Positions 16,255 through 24,731 of a stretch of 32,496 bases of DNA are shown here, one piece after another. The translations under genes were made by a program, and so were the position numbers. Origin of the DNA: a virus (lineage: Duplodnaviria; Caudoviricetes); IMG/VR virus record IMGVR_UViG_3300008255_000089, positions 1-32,496 of that record; one strand, written 5' to 3'. The notes under the pieces were generated by a model that was not told the DNA's origin, made no database searches, and worked only from the letters and a program-made list of their open reading frames with translations. Numbering within the stretch: position 1 is the stretch's first letter; the number at the start of each line of letters is the position of its first letter.

Positions 16255-16267
16255 TTTGTTTTTCCTC

Positions 16268-16296
16268 TTTACAAAAGGGTTTTGTGATACTATCAT
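16268..16296 (+). promoter_or_regulatory. Early promoter P3
   Basis: TTTACA-17-TATCAT followed by GCAGCCAAC (15-mer identical to P1). Confidence 0.75.
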
Positions 16297-16329
16297 GCAG
16301 CCAACTTAACCAATTACTCGGAGAAAGTA

Positions 16330-16611
16330 ATGCAACAACAAACAGCCACAGAGGCCCAACAGTTTGGGCCAAAGCAAGCAACGCAGGCGCAAGCCCGGTA
16401 CCTTTTAGATTTGGTCTGGCACAGCCACATTGTAATTATTCCTGTGTATGAGCTTTTTTCACAGCGTGCGCCAAAAAGTTTTTTCATACATGAGGTTGAT
16501 TGGTTGAGGGGCCGGCTAACGAAGGGGTTAGCAAGTGCGGTAATTGCCGAAATTGACAAGCTGAACCCGGACAACGACAAGTTGCTTAAAATGCTTACCC
16601 CATATTTATAG
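16330..16611 (+). CDS. Hypothetical protein
   Basis: First ORF after P3; RBS CTCGGAGAAAG. Confidence 0.75.
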   Translation: MQQQTATEAQQFGPKQATQAQARYLLDLVWHSHIVIIPVYELFSQRAPKSFFIHEVDWLRGRLTKGLASAVIAEIDKLNPDNDKLLKMLTPYL

Positions 16612-16637
16612 TTATTTTTAAACTCGGAGAAAAAGCC

Positions 16638-17753
16638 ATGAGCAATTTATTTGCAAAGGCAACGAAAGAAAAAGCCAAACTGCGGCTGGCCATATTTGGC
16701 CCAAGCGGTGCTGGTAAAACGTTTACCAGTCTGAGTATTGCTAAAGGGCTTGGTGGCAAGGTGGCGTTAATTGACACAGAGCGCCACAGCGCCAGTAAGT
16801 ATGCCGACCGGTTTACTTTTGACGTGGCCGACCTTGATAAGCCAACGGTAGACAATTACCGGGCCTTTATTGAGCAGGCCAAGGATTATGATGTGCTCAT
16901 AATTGACAGCCTTACGCATGGATGGAAAGACTTGTTGGCGGAGGTTGACAAGATTGCCAACGCCAAGTTTAGGGGCAATACGTGGAGCGCTTGGAGCGAG
17001 GGCACGCCAAAACAAAATGCCATGGTTGATGCAATACTTAGCTTTCCCGGACACGTTATTGCTACCATGCGCAGCAAAACGGAGTGGTCTATTGAGCAAA
17101 CTGACCGCGGAAAAACAAAGCCAGTGCGGGTTGGCTTGGCCCCGGAGCAGGGTAAGGGGATTGAGTACGAGTTTGATATGTTGCTGGAAATGTCTGTTGA
17201 CAACATTGGCCACGTCATAAAAGACCGCACAGGCAAGTTTCACGACGAAATTATTGACAAGCCCGGCGAGGAGCTTGGCAAGGAGCTTAAAACGTGGCTT
17301 AACACTGGCAAAAAACCTGTTGAGCGGGAGCCGTTGGACATACCGCCAGCGCCACCAATTGAGCAGCCTGCCCCACCAGTTGCCGCACAGGCACAACCAA
17401 AAAGCTTACCACCAAAAAAAGCGGTGGCGGAAAGTTCCGCAAAACTTCCGGCAAAAATTGGCACCAGCGCCAGCTATATGAAGGCCATAAATGATGCCAT
17501 GCAAAAAAGCAACCTTGCGCTGGTTGACGTTATGCCAGCCATAAAAAAGGCCGGGTTTGCTACGTTGCAGGAGGTTACTGTTGACCGTTATGGTGGGCTG
17601 CTTAAGTGGATACAGGACAACCCAAAGCAAGAGGTAGCACAAAAGGCACAACCAACGCCAGTTGCACCAGCCCCGGCAGATGAACCATTGCCAGAGCCAC
17701 AGGGCGACGATGTGGAGCAGTTGGCAGCAGACGCATTGGGTGCAATACAATGA
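16638..17753 (+). CDS. AAA_24 / Sak4-like P-loop ATPase (ssDNA-annealing recombinase family)
   Basis: Walker A GPSGAGKT, 'LIDTE', Walker B 'VLIIDSLTH', 'EYEFD', 'KDRT'; Pro-rich C-terminal part. Confidence 0.9.
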   Translation: MSNLFAKATKEKAKLRLAIFGPSGAGKTFTSLSIAKGLGGKVALIDTERHSASKYADRFTFDVADLDKPTVDNYRAFIEQAKDYDVLIIDSLTHGWKDLLAEVDKIANAKFRGNTWSAWSEGTPKQNAMVDAILSFPGHVIATMRSKTEWSIEQTDRGKTKPVRVGLAPEQGKGIEYEFDMLLEMSVDNIGHVIKDRTGKFHDEIIDKPGEELGKELKTWLNTGKKPVEREPLDIPPAPPIEQPAPPVAAQAQPKSLPPKKAVAESSAKLPAKIGTSASYMKAINDAMQKSNLALVDVMPAIKKAGFATLQEVTVDRYGGLLKWIQDNPKQEVAQKAQPTPVAPAPADEPLPEPQGDDVEQLAADALGAIQ

Positions 17754-17884
17754 TTACTTGCGCGCTTGTGGCCATGCAGGACAGGGGCGGCAATATAAGT
17801 ATGCCAGTACCACCAGAGGGCATTGTTGTTACGGTTACCAAAAACGGCAAGCAGGTTAAGGGGGTTCCAACATGGCAGGCGTAA
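17750..17884 (+). CDS. Hypothetical protein (44 aa)
   Basis: ATGA overlap with the ATPase stop; fills the gap to the next gene. Confidence 0.45.
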   Translation: MITCALVAMQDRGGNISMPVPPEGIVVTVTKNGKQVKGVPTWQA

Positions 17885-18270
17885 CTTGGGAGCAGATGCG
17901 CGAAATGCGCAAAAAGCACACGATGCGTGGCGTTACTGATTGGAAAGCAATGTCTAATGAGATTGAGCAGCTTAAGGGCCCAACTGGCCACATGGTGCCG
18001 GTACCGGGAAAGCCGGAGAAAACAAAGCCTGCCGGGAATCCCGGTAAAAATGCCGAGGCGGTTAGTATGCCGGACAATGTGCGCAAAATGGATTTGCCAG
18101 AAGTGCAACGGCGGCTTGCCACACTTGAGGGCACGCTGCCAAAACTTGAGGCAACGCCGGGGTGGAAAGAAAAAAACGCAGCGCAGCACGTTGAGCTTTT
18201 GGCCGGGTATTGGTTTTTGATGGAGCGGTTTTACCAAATTACAGGCGCAAGTTGGCAGGGGTTACCATGA
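17872..18270 (+). CDS. Hypothetical protein
   Basis: AAGGGGG RBS; packed operon context. Confidence 0.7.
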   Translation: MAGVTWEQMREMRKKHTMRGVTDWKAMSNEIEQLKGPTGHMVPVPGKPEKTKPAGNPGKNAEAVSMPDNVRKMDLPEVQRRLATLEGTLPKLEATPGWKEKNAAQHVELLAGYWFLMERFYQITGASWQGLP

Positions 18271-18776
18271 CAGAAAAAATTGAAAAGCTACAAAAAATCA
18301 AGGAGCTTGCAAAGCGAGGGGTGGCAGGCGAACGGCAAGCAGCAAGGCGGTTATTGGCTGCGCTACAAAACAAGTATGGCATTACGGACAGTGAGCTTGA
18401 TGCGCAGCAGGTTGAGTGGTACGGATTTACTTACAAGACCAAATACGAAAAGCAGCTGCTTAACCAAGTATTATTTCAAGCCATAAACAAACACAGTCTC
18501 ACGATTAAGAGGCATAAAACCACATTGTACGTTGAAACCACCCGGCCAATTGCAGATGTTATTAAGGTGCATTACGCTATTTACCGCAGGGAAATGGACG
18601 AGCATTTTGACCTTATGCTTGATGCGTTTATACAGCGCAACGACATTTTCCCGGAAGCGCCAAGGGATGTTGATGACGACGAAAACGAGCCACGCGATTT
18701 TGACCGGCTACGTAAAATACTTGGGTTGGCTGGCAAGCTTGACCGGGTACACATAAATAAAATGATTACGGATTAA
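18267..18776 (+). CDS. Hypothetical protein, DUF2786-like N-terminus
   Basis: 'EKLQKIKELAKRGVAGERQAARRLL..L..KYGI'; ATGA overlap. Confidence 0.7.
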   Translation: MTEKIEKLQKIKELAKRGVAGERQAARRLLAALQNKYGITDSELDAQQVEWYGFTYKTKYEKQLLNQVLFQAINKHSLTIKRHKTTLYVETTRPIADVIKVHYAIYRREMDEHFDLMLDAFIQRNDIFPEAPRDVDDDENEPRDFDRLRKILGLAGKLDRVHINKMITD

Positions 18777-18798
18777 CTTATTTTTAAAGGAGGCCTAT

Positions 18799-19122
18799 AT
18801 GGCCACAGAAAAAAAACAAATTGAGGATGGAGTTAAAAGGGTTGCCGAGGCGGCACGTGCATTACCAGCGCTGTTGCCACAGCTTGAAGCCATGGCAAAG
18901 CAGGCAGAAGCAGGATTAATGGAAATGCTACACAAGGAGGTGCCAGAAAATCCAACCAAGGCAAACCAGCACCGGCAAAAAGTTTCCAAACTGCGTTACG
19001 CTGCCAAGATGTATGGGGCAACGCTGCAATTGGTTTTGGTGCTGCGCCAAATGGACGCGGAACAAAAAAGGTTTAAAATAAATAAATGGGAGTGTTGTTA
19101 TGGCGAAGGCAATAAAGTGTGA
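18799..19122 (+). CDS. Hypothetical protein
   Basis: AAAGGAGG RBS; helical. Confidence 0.75.
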   Translation: MATEKKQIEDGVKRVAEAARALPALLPQLEAMAKQAEAGLMEMLHKEVPENPTKANQHRQKVSKLRYAAKMYGATLQLVLVLRQMDAEQKRFKINKWECCYGEGNKV

Positions 19123-19291
19123 CCGTTGTAAAAAATATGTGGATAGCGGGTTGCTTGTTTTGGTTGGCGCGCGCAAAAACGTTTTAGGGATGTACTTTTT
19201 TGAGAATGAAAAGGCAGAGCAACAAGGCGTACACGAGCTTTGTATGGAATGTGTGGGAAAAGTTGCAAACATGGTGGCAACAAATGGCTGA
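19100..19291 (+). CDS. Small zinc-finger protein
   Basis: CDRC...CMEC; GGGAG RBS. Confidence 0.7.
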   Translation: MAKAIKCDRCKKYVDSGLLVLVGARKNVLGMYFFENEKAEQQGVHELCMECVGKVANMVATNG

Positions 19292-19799
19292 GCACAAAAA
19301 CTGCCCACACTGTGGGCAAAGCTTGCGCCGGGATTTTTACCGGCCAGCGCAAATTTTTATTGAGATATTGTTGCGGATGCGCACGTGGGCTCACGAAAAC
19401 GGCACAGGGTATATTGCCGACATGGGAGAGGTGCGCGACAATAGCGGCAAGGTGTACACGCAGTTAAGCAAAATGCGGTACTTGGGGCTTATTGCTAAGT
19501 ACAGGGAAAACGGCAAGCAGGTTGCGCGCCATTGGGTTGTTACAAAGCGCGGCAGCGACTGGTTAAAAGGCAAGGTTGCAATACCGGCCAAGGTGCGGGT
19601 GTTCGACAATAAAATTGAGTGGCGCAGCCCGGAAAGTGTTACCGTTGGGCAGGTGCATGGCAGCCAGCCATACATTGAAACACTTAACGACATTGAGTTT
19701 GATTATGCCCCGGTTGGCCAGTACGAGCCGGTACCAACGGTTGTTTTTGAGGAAAGCGGCCAAGCCAAGATGCCGCTGGGGGGGCAAAATGGATTTTGA
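19284..19799 (+). CDS. Hypothetical protein (possible winged-helix)
   Basis: N-terminal CPHC; 'YTQLSKMRYLGLI...W.VTKRG..WL' pattern. Confidence 0.7.
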   Translation: MAEHKNCPHCGQSLRRDFYRPAQIFIEILLRMRTWAHENGTGYIADMGEVRDNSGKVYTQLSKMRYLGLIAKYRENGKQVARHWVVTKRGSDWLKGKVAIPAKVRVFDNKIEWRSPESVTVGQVHGSQPYIETLNDIEFDYAPVGQYEPVPTVVFEESGQAKMPLGGQNGF

Positions 19800-19929
19800 G
19801 CAGTTTGTTAAGGAGGTTGAAATTACCGCCACGCAAAAAGAGCAGCCAAGTTGCAGTTGTTGTGGGGTTACGTGCAGCGCAGCGCTTGGCATTATTATTG
19901 CACTATTGATTATTTTTTTTATTTTTTAG
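19789..19929 (+). CDS. Small Cys-rich membrane protein
   Basis: 46 aa with a hydrophobic C-terminus. Confidence 0.55.
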   Translation: MDFEQFVKEVEITATQKEQPSCSCCGVTCSAALGIIIALLIIFFIF

Positions 19930-19938
19930 GGGTATCAC

Positions 19939-20316
19939 ATGGACACATTTACACAGTACACAAAATTGCTTGCAAAGATTGCCGACAAAAAAGCAGAGCT
20001 ATCCGATCTTAATGGACAACTGGACACAGTTAAGGCCACCATTGTTGACACAATTAAGGCCAGTGGCGCAAACAACATACCAACTAAATATGGCAAGTTT
20101 GGTTTGCGGACACCAAAAAGTTACGAGTACAGCCCGGCGCTGGTTAAGCAGGTTGAAAAACTGCAAGGGCAGGCACAACAAATACTTGCCGAGGCGCAGC
20201 AAAAAGTTGCCCCAATTGCCTACCAAATAAAAACCATGCAGGAGGTGGAACGCAAAGAGGGGATTGCCAAGGAGGTTGAGGGCGACCCAACACTTACGTT
20301 TACCAAAGCAAAGTAA
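19939..20316 (+). CDS. Hypothetical coiled-coil protein
   Basis: AGGGGT RBS; helical N-terminus, 'TKYGKF' hairpin. Confidence 0.75.
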   Translation: MDTFTQYTKLLAKIADKKAELSDLNGQLDTVKATIVDTIKASGANNIPTKYGKFGLRTPKSYEYSPALVKQVEKLQGQAQQILAEAQQKVAPIAYQIKTMQEVERKEGIAKEVEGDPTLTFTKAK

Positions 20317-20323
20317 AAGGTAT

Positions 20324-20351
20324 TTGCCACAATGCACAAATGTGCTATATT
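20324..20351 (+). promoter_or_regulatory. Early/middle promoter P4
   Basis: TTGCCA-16-TATATT with extended -10 TG, followed by GCAACCAAT (variant of GCAGCCAAC). Confidence 0.7.
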
Positions 20352-20380
20352 GCAACCAATTAAATAAAACGGAGAAAGCT

Positions 20381-21148
20381 ATGCAAACACTTGAGTTGGC
20401 CGTTGAGGGCCTGCAAACAAAAATAAAAAAGCCAGTGGTGGTTTTTGACCTTGAGACTACGCACGCGGACGCTACGCTTTGCGAGATTATACAGTTTGCC
20501 GGCGTGCGCATACCGCCAACCGGCCCTGCAACCTCGCTGGTGTTTTTGGCAAAACCAAACGTGCCATGCACGCCAGAAGCAGAGGTGGTACACGGCATAA
20601 CCAACGAGAGACTCGTAAATGAGCCCGGCTTTGAGCACTATATGCCGCAGATTGTTGAACTGTTTACCGGCGCAGACGTTGCCGGGTACAACGCCATTGG
20701 TTTTGACTTGCAAATTTTGGAGCGTTACCTTGTAAAAATGGGGCATTCAACGTTGCTGGATGACGCGCACGTTTTGGATGCGTTTACGCTGTTTGCAAAG
20801 CAATACCCACGCACGCTTACCAAGGCTTTTGAGCTTTACGCTGGCGATGAAATGCAAGACGCGCACGACGCAATGGCAGACGTTGCGGCCACAATAATGG
20901 TGCTTAATGCACAGATTGACCGCGAGGGTAAGCCGTTTACTGCAGTTAGCGAGGCCACCCACATGGCACCAGACAGGCGGGTTGGTTTTACAGACCATAT
21001 TATTATTGACGATACAGGCACCCCGGTAATTAACTTTGGGAAACACAAAGGCACACCAATTGGTTTTGTGCCATATGATTTTAAGCAGTGGATGCTGCGC
21101 AACAGCTTCCCGCCAAAAATTAAGGAATACATAAGGGGCAAAGCATGA
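20381..21148 (+). CDS. DEDDh 3'-5' exonuclease (DnaQ/ExoX-like)
   Basis: 'VFDLETT', 'VHGIT', 'GYNAIGFD', 'AHDAMADV'; C-terminal 'FGKHKG.P...VP.D..QW' motif; start ATG 20381. Confidence 0.92.
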   Translation: MQTLELAVEGLQTKIKKPVVVFDLETTHADATLCEIIQFAGVRIPPTGPATSLVFLAKPNVPCTPEAEVVHGITNERLVNEPGFEHYMPQIVELFTGADVAGYNAIGFDLQILERYLVKMGHSTLLDDAHVLDAFTLFAKQYPRTLTKAFELYAGDEMQDAHDAMADVAATIMVLNAQIDREGKPFTAVSEATHMAPDRRVGFTDHIIIDDTGTPVINFGKHKGTPIGFVPYDFKQWMLRNSFPPKIKEYIRGKA

Positions 21149-21339
21149 AAACAAACAAAAAGCGCAGGCTTGTGGCAGTACTTGACCAAGACAAAGTTTT
21201 GATGCTTGAGGCAGAACTGGCACGCGAAAGCGTACGGCGTGGCCGCAAGGTTACCAGAACGGAGTGGATTAGCGGGATGCTTGAGGATTACCTTGCAAAA
21301 CAAAAGGCCAAACATGACAGACGTACGGCGGCAAAATAA
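21145..21339 (+). CDS. Small DNA-binding protein (ribbon-helix-helix-like)
   Basis: Basic beta-strand 'RRLVAVL' followed by two helices, 'TRTEWISGMLEDYL'. Confidence 0.6.
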   Translation: MKTNKKRRLVAVLDQDKVLMLEAELARESVRRGRKVTRTEWISGMLEDYLAKQKAKHDRRTAAK

Positions 21340-21712
21340 GGCACTGGAAAACAACGTGTTAAAAGCCTGCATGCAAGTGTTGCATTATAGTGGGCTGTTT
21401 CACATTAAGCGCAACAACAGCGGCAAGGTGATGGCCAGCTACAAAGGCAAAAGCCGCATTATTACGCTTGGTGAGGCTGGTTGGCCAGACATAATTGGAT
21501 TTGGCAAATACAGCGGCAAGTTTTTGGGCGTTGAGTGTAAATATGACCCGGCGCGAAAAAAGAAACCAACGCAGTTGCAAAAGGATTTTTTGGAGCTTGG
21601 TGCGGCAAGTGGGTGTTACGCAGTGTTGGCCTATGGCACCGAAGATTTAAGCACCATATTGGAGCTTGAGGGTGCAGAAAAGTGGCGGCAGTTAGCCGCA
21701 AAAAACGACTAG
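21314..21712 (+). CDS. VRR-NUC family nuclease / Holliday junction resolvase
   Basis: 'E..V...C', 'RNNSG', 'GWPDIIG', 'VECK', 'PTQLQKDFL'. Confidence 0.85.
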   Translation: MTDVRRQNKALENNVLKACMQVLHYSGLFHIKRNNSGKVMASYKGKSRIITLGEAGWPDIIGFGKYSGKFLGVECKYDPARKKKPTQLQKDFLELGAASGCYAVLAYGTEDLSTILELEGAEKWRQLAAKND

Positions 21713-21736
21713 TTTATTTTTGTGGAGGCATGCAAA

Positions 21737-22066
21737 ATGTCAAAATGTTTAAAGGATGGGGTTAAGCTGCTTATTGAAGCTAAAGAGACTGGCGAAACCA
21801 CTGAGGTTAGCCTTAAGTTTTCAGGTGAATTACCTTGCAAAACTTGCGTATTTACCACATTGCAGCTAGTTGCAGAGAAGGTGCTTAAACAAATTGCCAA
21901 AGATGATGGGCAGGATGTTGCCACCAAGTTTATTATTCCAACAATGATGACGTTTGCCGAGATTGTTGGGGCCGGTGTTGCCACGGTTGGTTTCGACATT
22001 GGTGACGATAAAAAGGACGACACCGAGGCAACGCTTAAGGACATGCTTAAGTTTACGGTGGAGTAA
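21737..22066 (+). CDS. Hypothetical protein
   Basis: GGAGG RBS before ATG 21737. Confidence 0.7.
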   Translation: MSKCLKDGVKLLIEAKETGETTEVSLKFSGELPCKTCVFTTLQLVAEKVLKQIAKDDGQDVATKFIIPTMMTFAEIVGAGVATVGFDIGDDKKDDTEATLKDMLKFTVE

Positions 22067-22071
22067 AAGCA

Positions 22072-22404
22072 ATGAGTAGCAGCAGCGCAAAAAAAGTGCG
22101 GCAGGAAACCCGCAGGCACCTACGCGAACAGCACGCGCTGGTTATTGAAAATGTGGGAAAAGCAATTTTGCACCAGCTTAATGCGCAGGCAAAACAAGCA
22201 GCTTTCCCGGCAAAGACCAAGGCAAGTAAGCTGGTTTTACCATGGAGGCTGCGGCTAAAAATTAGCCTTGGCTTGCTCAAGCAGGAGGCAATACCAATAA
22301 GTAGTTACAAGGTAAAAATCATTGACCAGCAGGTTGATGTGGTACCACTTAAAACCGTGCAGCGCATTGTTGCTGATGCGGTAAAAAAATACGGCAATAA
22401 TTAA
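22072..22404 (+). CDS. Hypothetical basic protein
   Basis: GGAG RBS; packed operon. Confidence 0.7.
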   Translation: MSSSSAKKVRQETRRHLREQHALVIENVGKAILHQLNAQAKQAAFPAKTKASKLVLPWRLRLKISLGLLKQEAIPISSYKVKIIDQQVDVVPLKTVQRIVADAVKKYGNN

Positions 22405-22416
22405 CAGGAGGCACAC

Positions 22417-22641
22417 ATGCCAGACATGGTAACCATTAAGGCAAAGCACGTTTTTGACACTGACGAAAAGGCGGCCATTGCAATGAGGTTGGCTGATACG
22501 CAGGCTGAGCTTGATGAGGCAAAAGATGAGCGCAAGGCAATTGGCAGCCAGTACAAAGCCAAGATTGATGGGGCGGCTGCAAACGTGCGGGTTTTAAGCA
22601 ACCAGCTGCGCCGGTTTTATGACCATTTTGGTTATGGTTAG
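22417..22641 (+). CDS. Hypothetical coiled-coil protein
   Basis: AGGAGG RBS. Confidence 0.7.
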   Translation: MPDMVTIKAKHVFDTDEKAAIAMRLADTQAELDEAKDERKAIGSQYKAKIDGAAANVRVLSNQLRRFYDHFGYG

Positions 22642-22697
22642 TGCTTAAAAAATTGCGCATTGATGGTGTTTATGCAGGGGTAAAAAGGAGGGTAATT

Positions 22698-23228
22698 ATG
22701 GCAGGCACAAACAAAGTTACAAAGGTTGAAAAGCAAAACCGCGTTGAGCTTTGCATGGCAATGCTTTTGGAAGGTTACCGGCCCGGCGAGATATTTCATT
22801 TTATTTCACAAAAACCAACAGAAAAAGTTGCCACTAGCATTAAGCGCCGGTACCAAACAACGCTGCCTTGGAATATTACGCACCGACAACTTGGCAATTA
22901 CTTGAAAGTTGCCACGGCTGAGATTGAAAAAAGCGTTGAGAAAAACATTGAGAGGGTGTTTACCACCAGCGCTGCCCGGCTTGACCACCTTTACAAGCGG
23001 GCCATTGAGCGTGGCGAAAGCAAACTTGGCTTGGCGGTAATGCGGGAGTTTAACAGCATTTATGGGCTGCACAAAAAGCAGCACGTTTTTAGCGGAGAGG
23101 TTACTACCAAAAGCCAAAAACTGGATTTAACGGATTTATCCAATGACGAACTTGCAACACTTGAGGCCATATTTGTTAAGGCCGTCCGAAACGTTACAGG
23201 CGATACAACAAGAGAGGCAGAGGCGTGA
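22698..23228 (+). CDS. terS: Putative terminase small subunit
   Basis: Directly upstream of TerL; HTH-like N-terminus; 'DLTDLSNDEL' C-terminal motif; AAGGAGG RBS. Confidence 0.7.
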   Translation: MAGTNKVTKVEKQNRVELCMAMLLEGYRPGEIFHFISQKPTEKVATSIKRRYQTTLPWNITHRQLGNYLKVATAEIEKSVEKNIERVFTTSAARLDHLYKRAIERGESKLGLAVMREFNSIYGLHKKQHVFSGEVTTKSQKLDLTDLSNDELATLEAIFVKAVRNVTGDTTREAEA

Positions 23229-24609
23229 GTATATTGCAGCGCAAGCAAGCCTGTTTGATTATGTACGCGCCAGCTGGCCGGTAATTGAGCCTGCCACACC
23301 CTATTACAGCAATTGGCACATTGGGCTTATTTGCGAATACTTGGAGGCGTGTTACTTACGCCAAATTAAGCGGCTCATAATAAATATCCCGCCGCGCAAC
23401 ATGAAAAGCATATTGACCACAGTAAACTTTCCAACGTGGTGCTGGACAAAAACCCCGGCGCTGCGTTTTTTAACGGCCAGTTACAGCCAGCCGTTGAGCA
23501 CTAAGCACAGCAAAGACAGGCGCGACATTATAGTAAGCAACTGGTACCAACAGGGATGGGGCAACGTGTTTACGTTGGCTGATGACCAAAACCTTAAAAT
23601 GGAATACGAAAACGACCACAAAGGGGTGATGATTGCAACCAGTGTTGGCGGCAGCAGCACCGGTAAGGGTGGCGACATTCTCATTGTTGACGACCCGCAC
23701 AACCCACGTGGCGCAGATAGTGACACGGTTAGGCAAACAGCATTGGATTGGTACGACCAAACATGGAGCACCCGGCTTAACGATAAAAAACGTGGAGTAA
23801 TGATTGTGGTTATGCAGCGGCTACATGAGAACGACCTTACCGGGCACCTGTTGGAAAATAGCGGCGAGTACACCCACCTTAAGGTGCCAGCAGTTGCACC
23901 AGAAAAAGTAGTATACAGCTTTCCCATTAGCGGCAAAAAAGAGGAGCGCGCCGAGGGGCAGCTTATGTGGCCAGACAGGGAGGGGCCGGAGGAAATTGCG
24001 GGCGCACGCAAAAGGCTTGGCAGCTATGGCTTTGAGGGGCAATACCAACAGGAGCCCAACCCGCCAGAGGGCGGCCTTGTTAAGCGTGAATGGTGGCGAA
24101 GGTACAGGCGCATGCCGCAGCGCTTTGACTACCTTTTGCAGAGCTGGGATTTGACCTTTAAAGATTTGGAAAGCAGCGACTTTGTGTGTGGGCAAGTGTG
24201 GGGCGTTTATGAGGCTGATGCTTATTTGTTGGATTTGATTAACGAAAAGCTGGACTTTGTTGCAACCATTAACGCAATTGCCGACATGAGCAACAAGTGG
24301 CCCAACAGTGGGGCAAAATATGTTGAGGACAAGGCCAACGGCCCGGCGGTAATAAGCTCATTGCGCAACCGGGTGCCGGGGCTTATTGCGGTTAACCCGG
24401 AGGGCGGTAAAATTGTACGGGCAACGGCGGTAAGCCCATTTATTGAAGCGGGCAACGTATACTTGCCGGAGGATGCTGATTGGGTGCAGGACTACCTTAC
24501 GCAGTGGATTAAGTTTCCGCACGGCAAGCACGACGACATGGTGGACGCAACTACACAGGCTTTAAACCAGATATTTTTAACCAGCGCTGGCGAGGTATTA
24601 GTGGGGTAG
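23143..24609 (+). CDS. terL: Terminase large subunit (Terminase_6-like)
   Basis: 'INIPPRNMKS', 'LIVDDPHN', 'MQRLHENDL', 'QYQQEP', 'SWDLTFK', 'EDKANG', 'HDDMVDA'. Confidence 0.97.
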   Translation: MTNLQHLRPYLLRPSETLQAIQQERQRREYIAAQASLFDYVRASWPVIEPATPYYSNWHIGLICEYLEACYLRQIKRLIINIPPRNMKSILTTVNFPTWCWTKTPALRFLTASYSQPLSTKHSKDRRDIIVSNWYQQGWGNVFTLADDQNLKMEYENDHKGVMIATSVGGSSTGKGGDILIVDDPHNPRGADSDTVRQTALDWYDQTWSTRLNDKKRGVMIVVMQRLHENDLTGHLLENSGEYTHLKVPAVAPEKVVYSFPISGKKEERAEGQLMWPDREGPEEIAGARKRLGSYGFEGQYQQEPNPPEGGLVKREWWRRYRRMPQRFDYLLQSWDLTFKDLESSDFVCGQVWGVYEADAYLLDLINEKLDFVATINAIADMSNKWPNSGAKYVEDKANGPAVISSLRNRVPGLIAVNPEGGKIVRATAVSPFIEAGNVYLPEDADWVQDYLTQWIKFPHGKHDDMVDATTQALNQIFLTSAGEVLVG

Positions 24610-24641
24610 TTTTCCACAGCTTGTGCAAAGCATGTGGGTAA
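24610..24641. promoter_or_regulatory. Cluster of three DnaA-box-like 9-mers
   Basis: TTTTCCACA, TGTGCAAAG, TGTGGGTAA in the terL-portal gap. Confidence 0.4.
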
Positions 24642-24731
24642 CTGGAAAGCATAAACTTATTGTTGTTGTCAAGTTGACCATAAACATGAGAAAATACCAC
24701 CGACGTAAGCGCTTACACAAGGGGGCAATTT

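Noticed and set aside
23143-23228. TerS-TerL programmed frameshift fusion
   Set aside because: The 86-nt overlap and weak SD are odd, but no clear slippery site is visible and such overlaps are common
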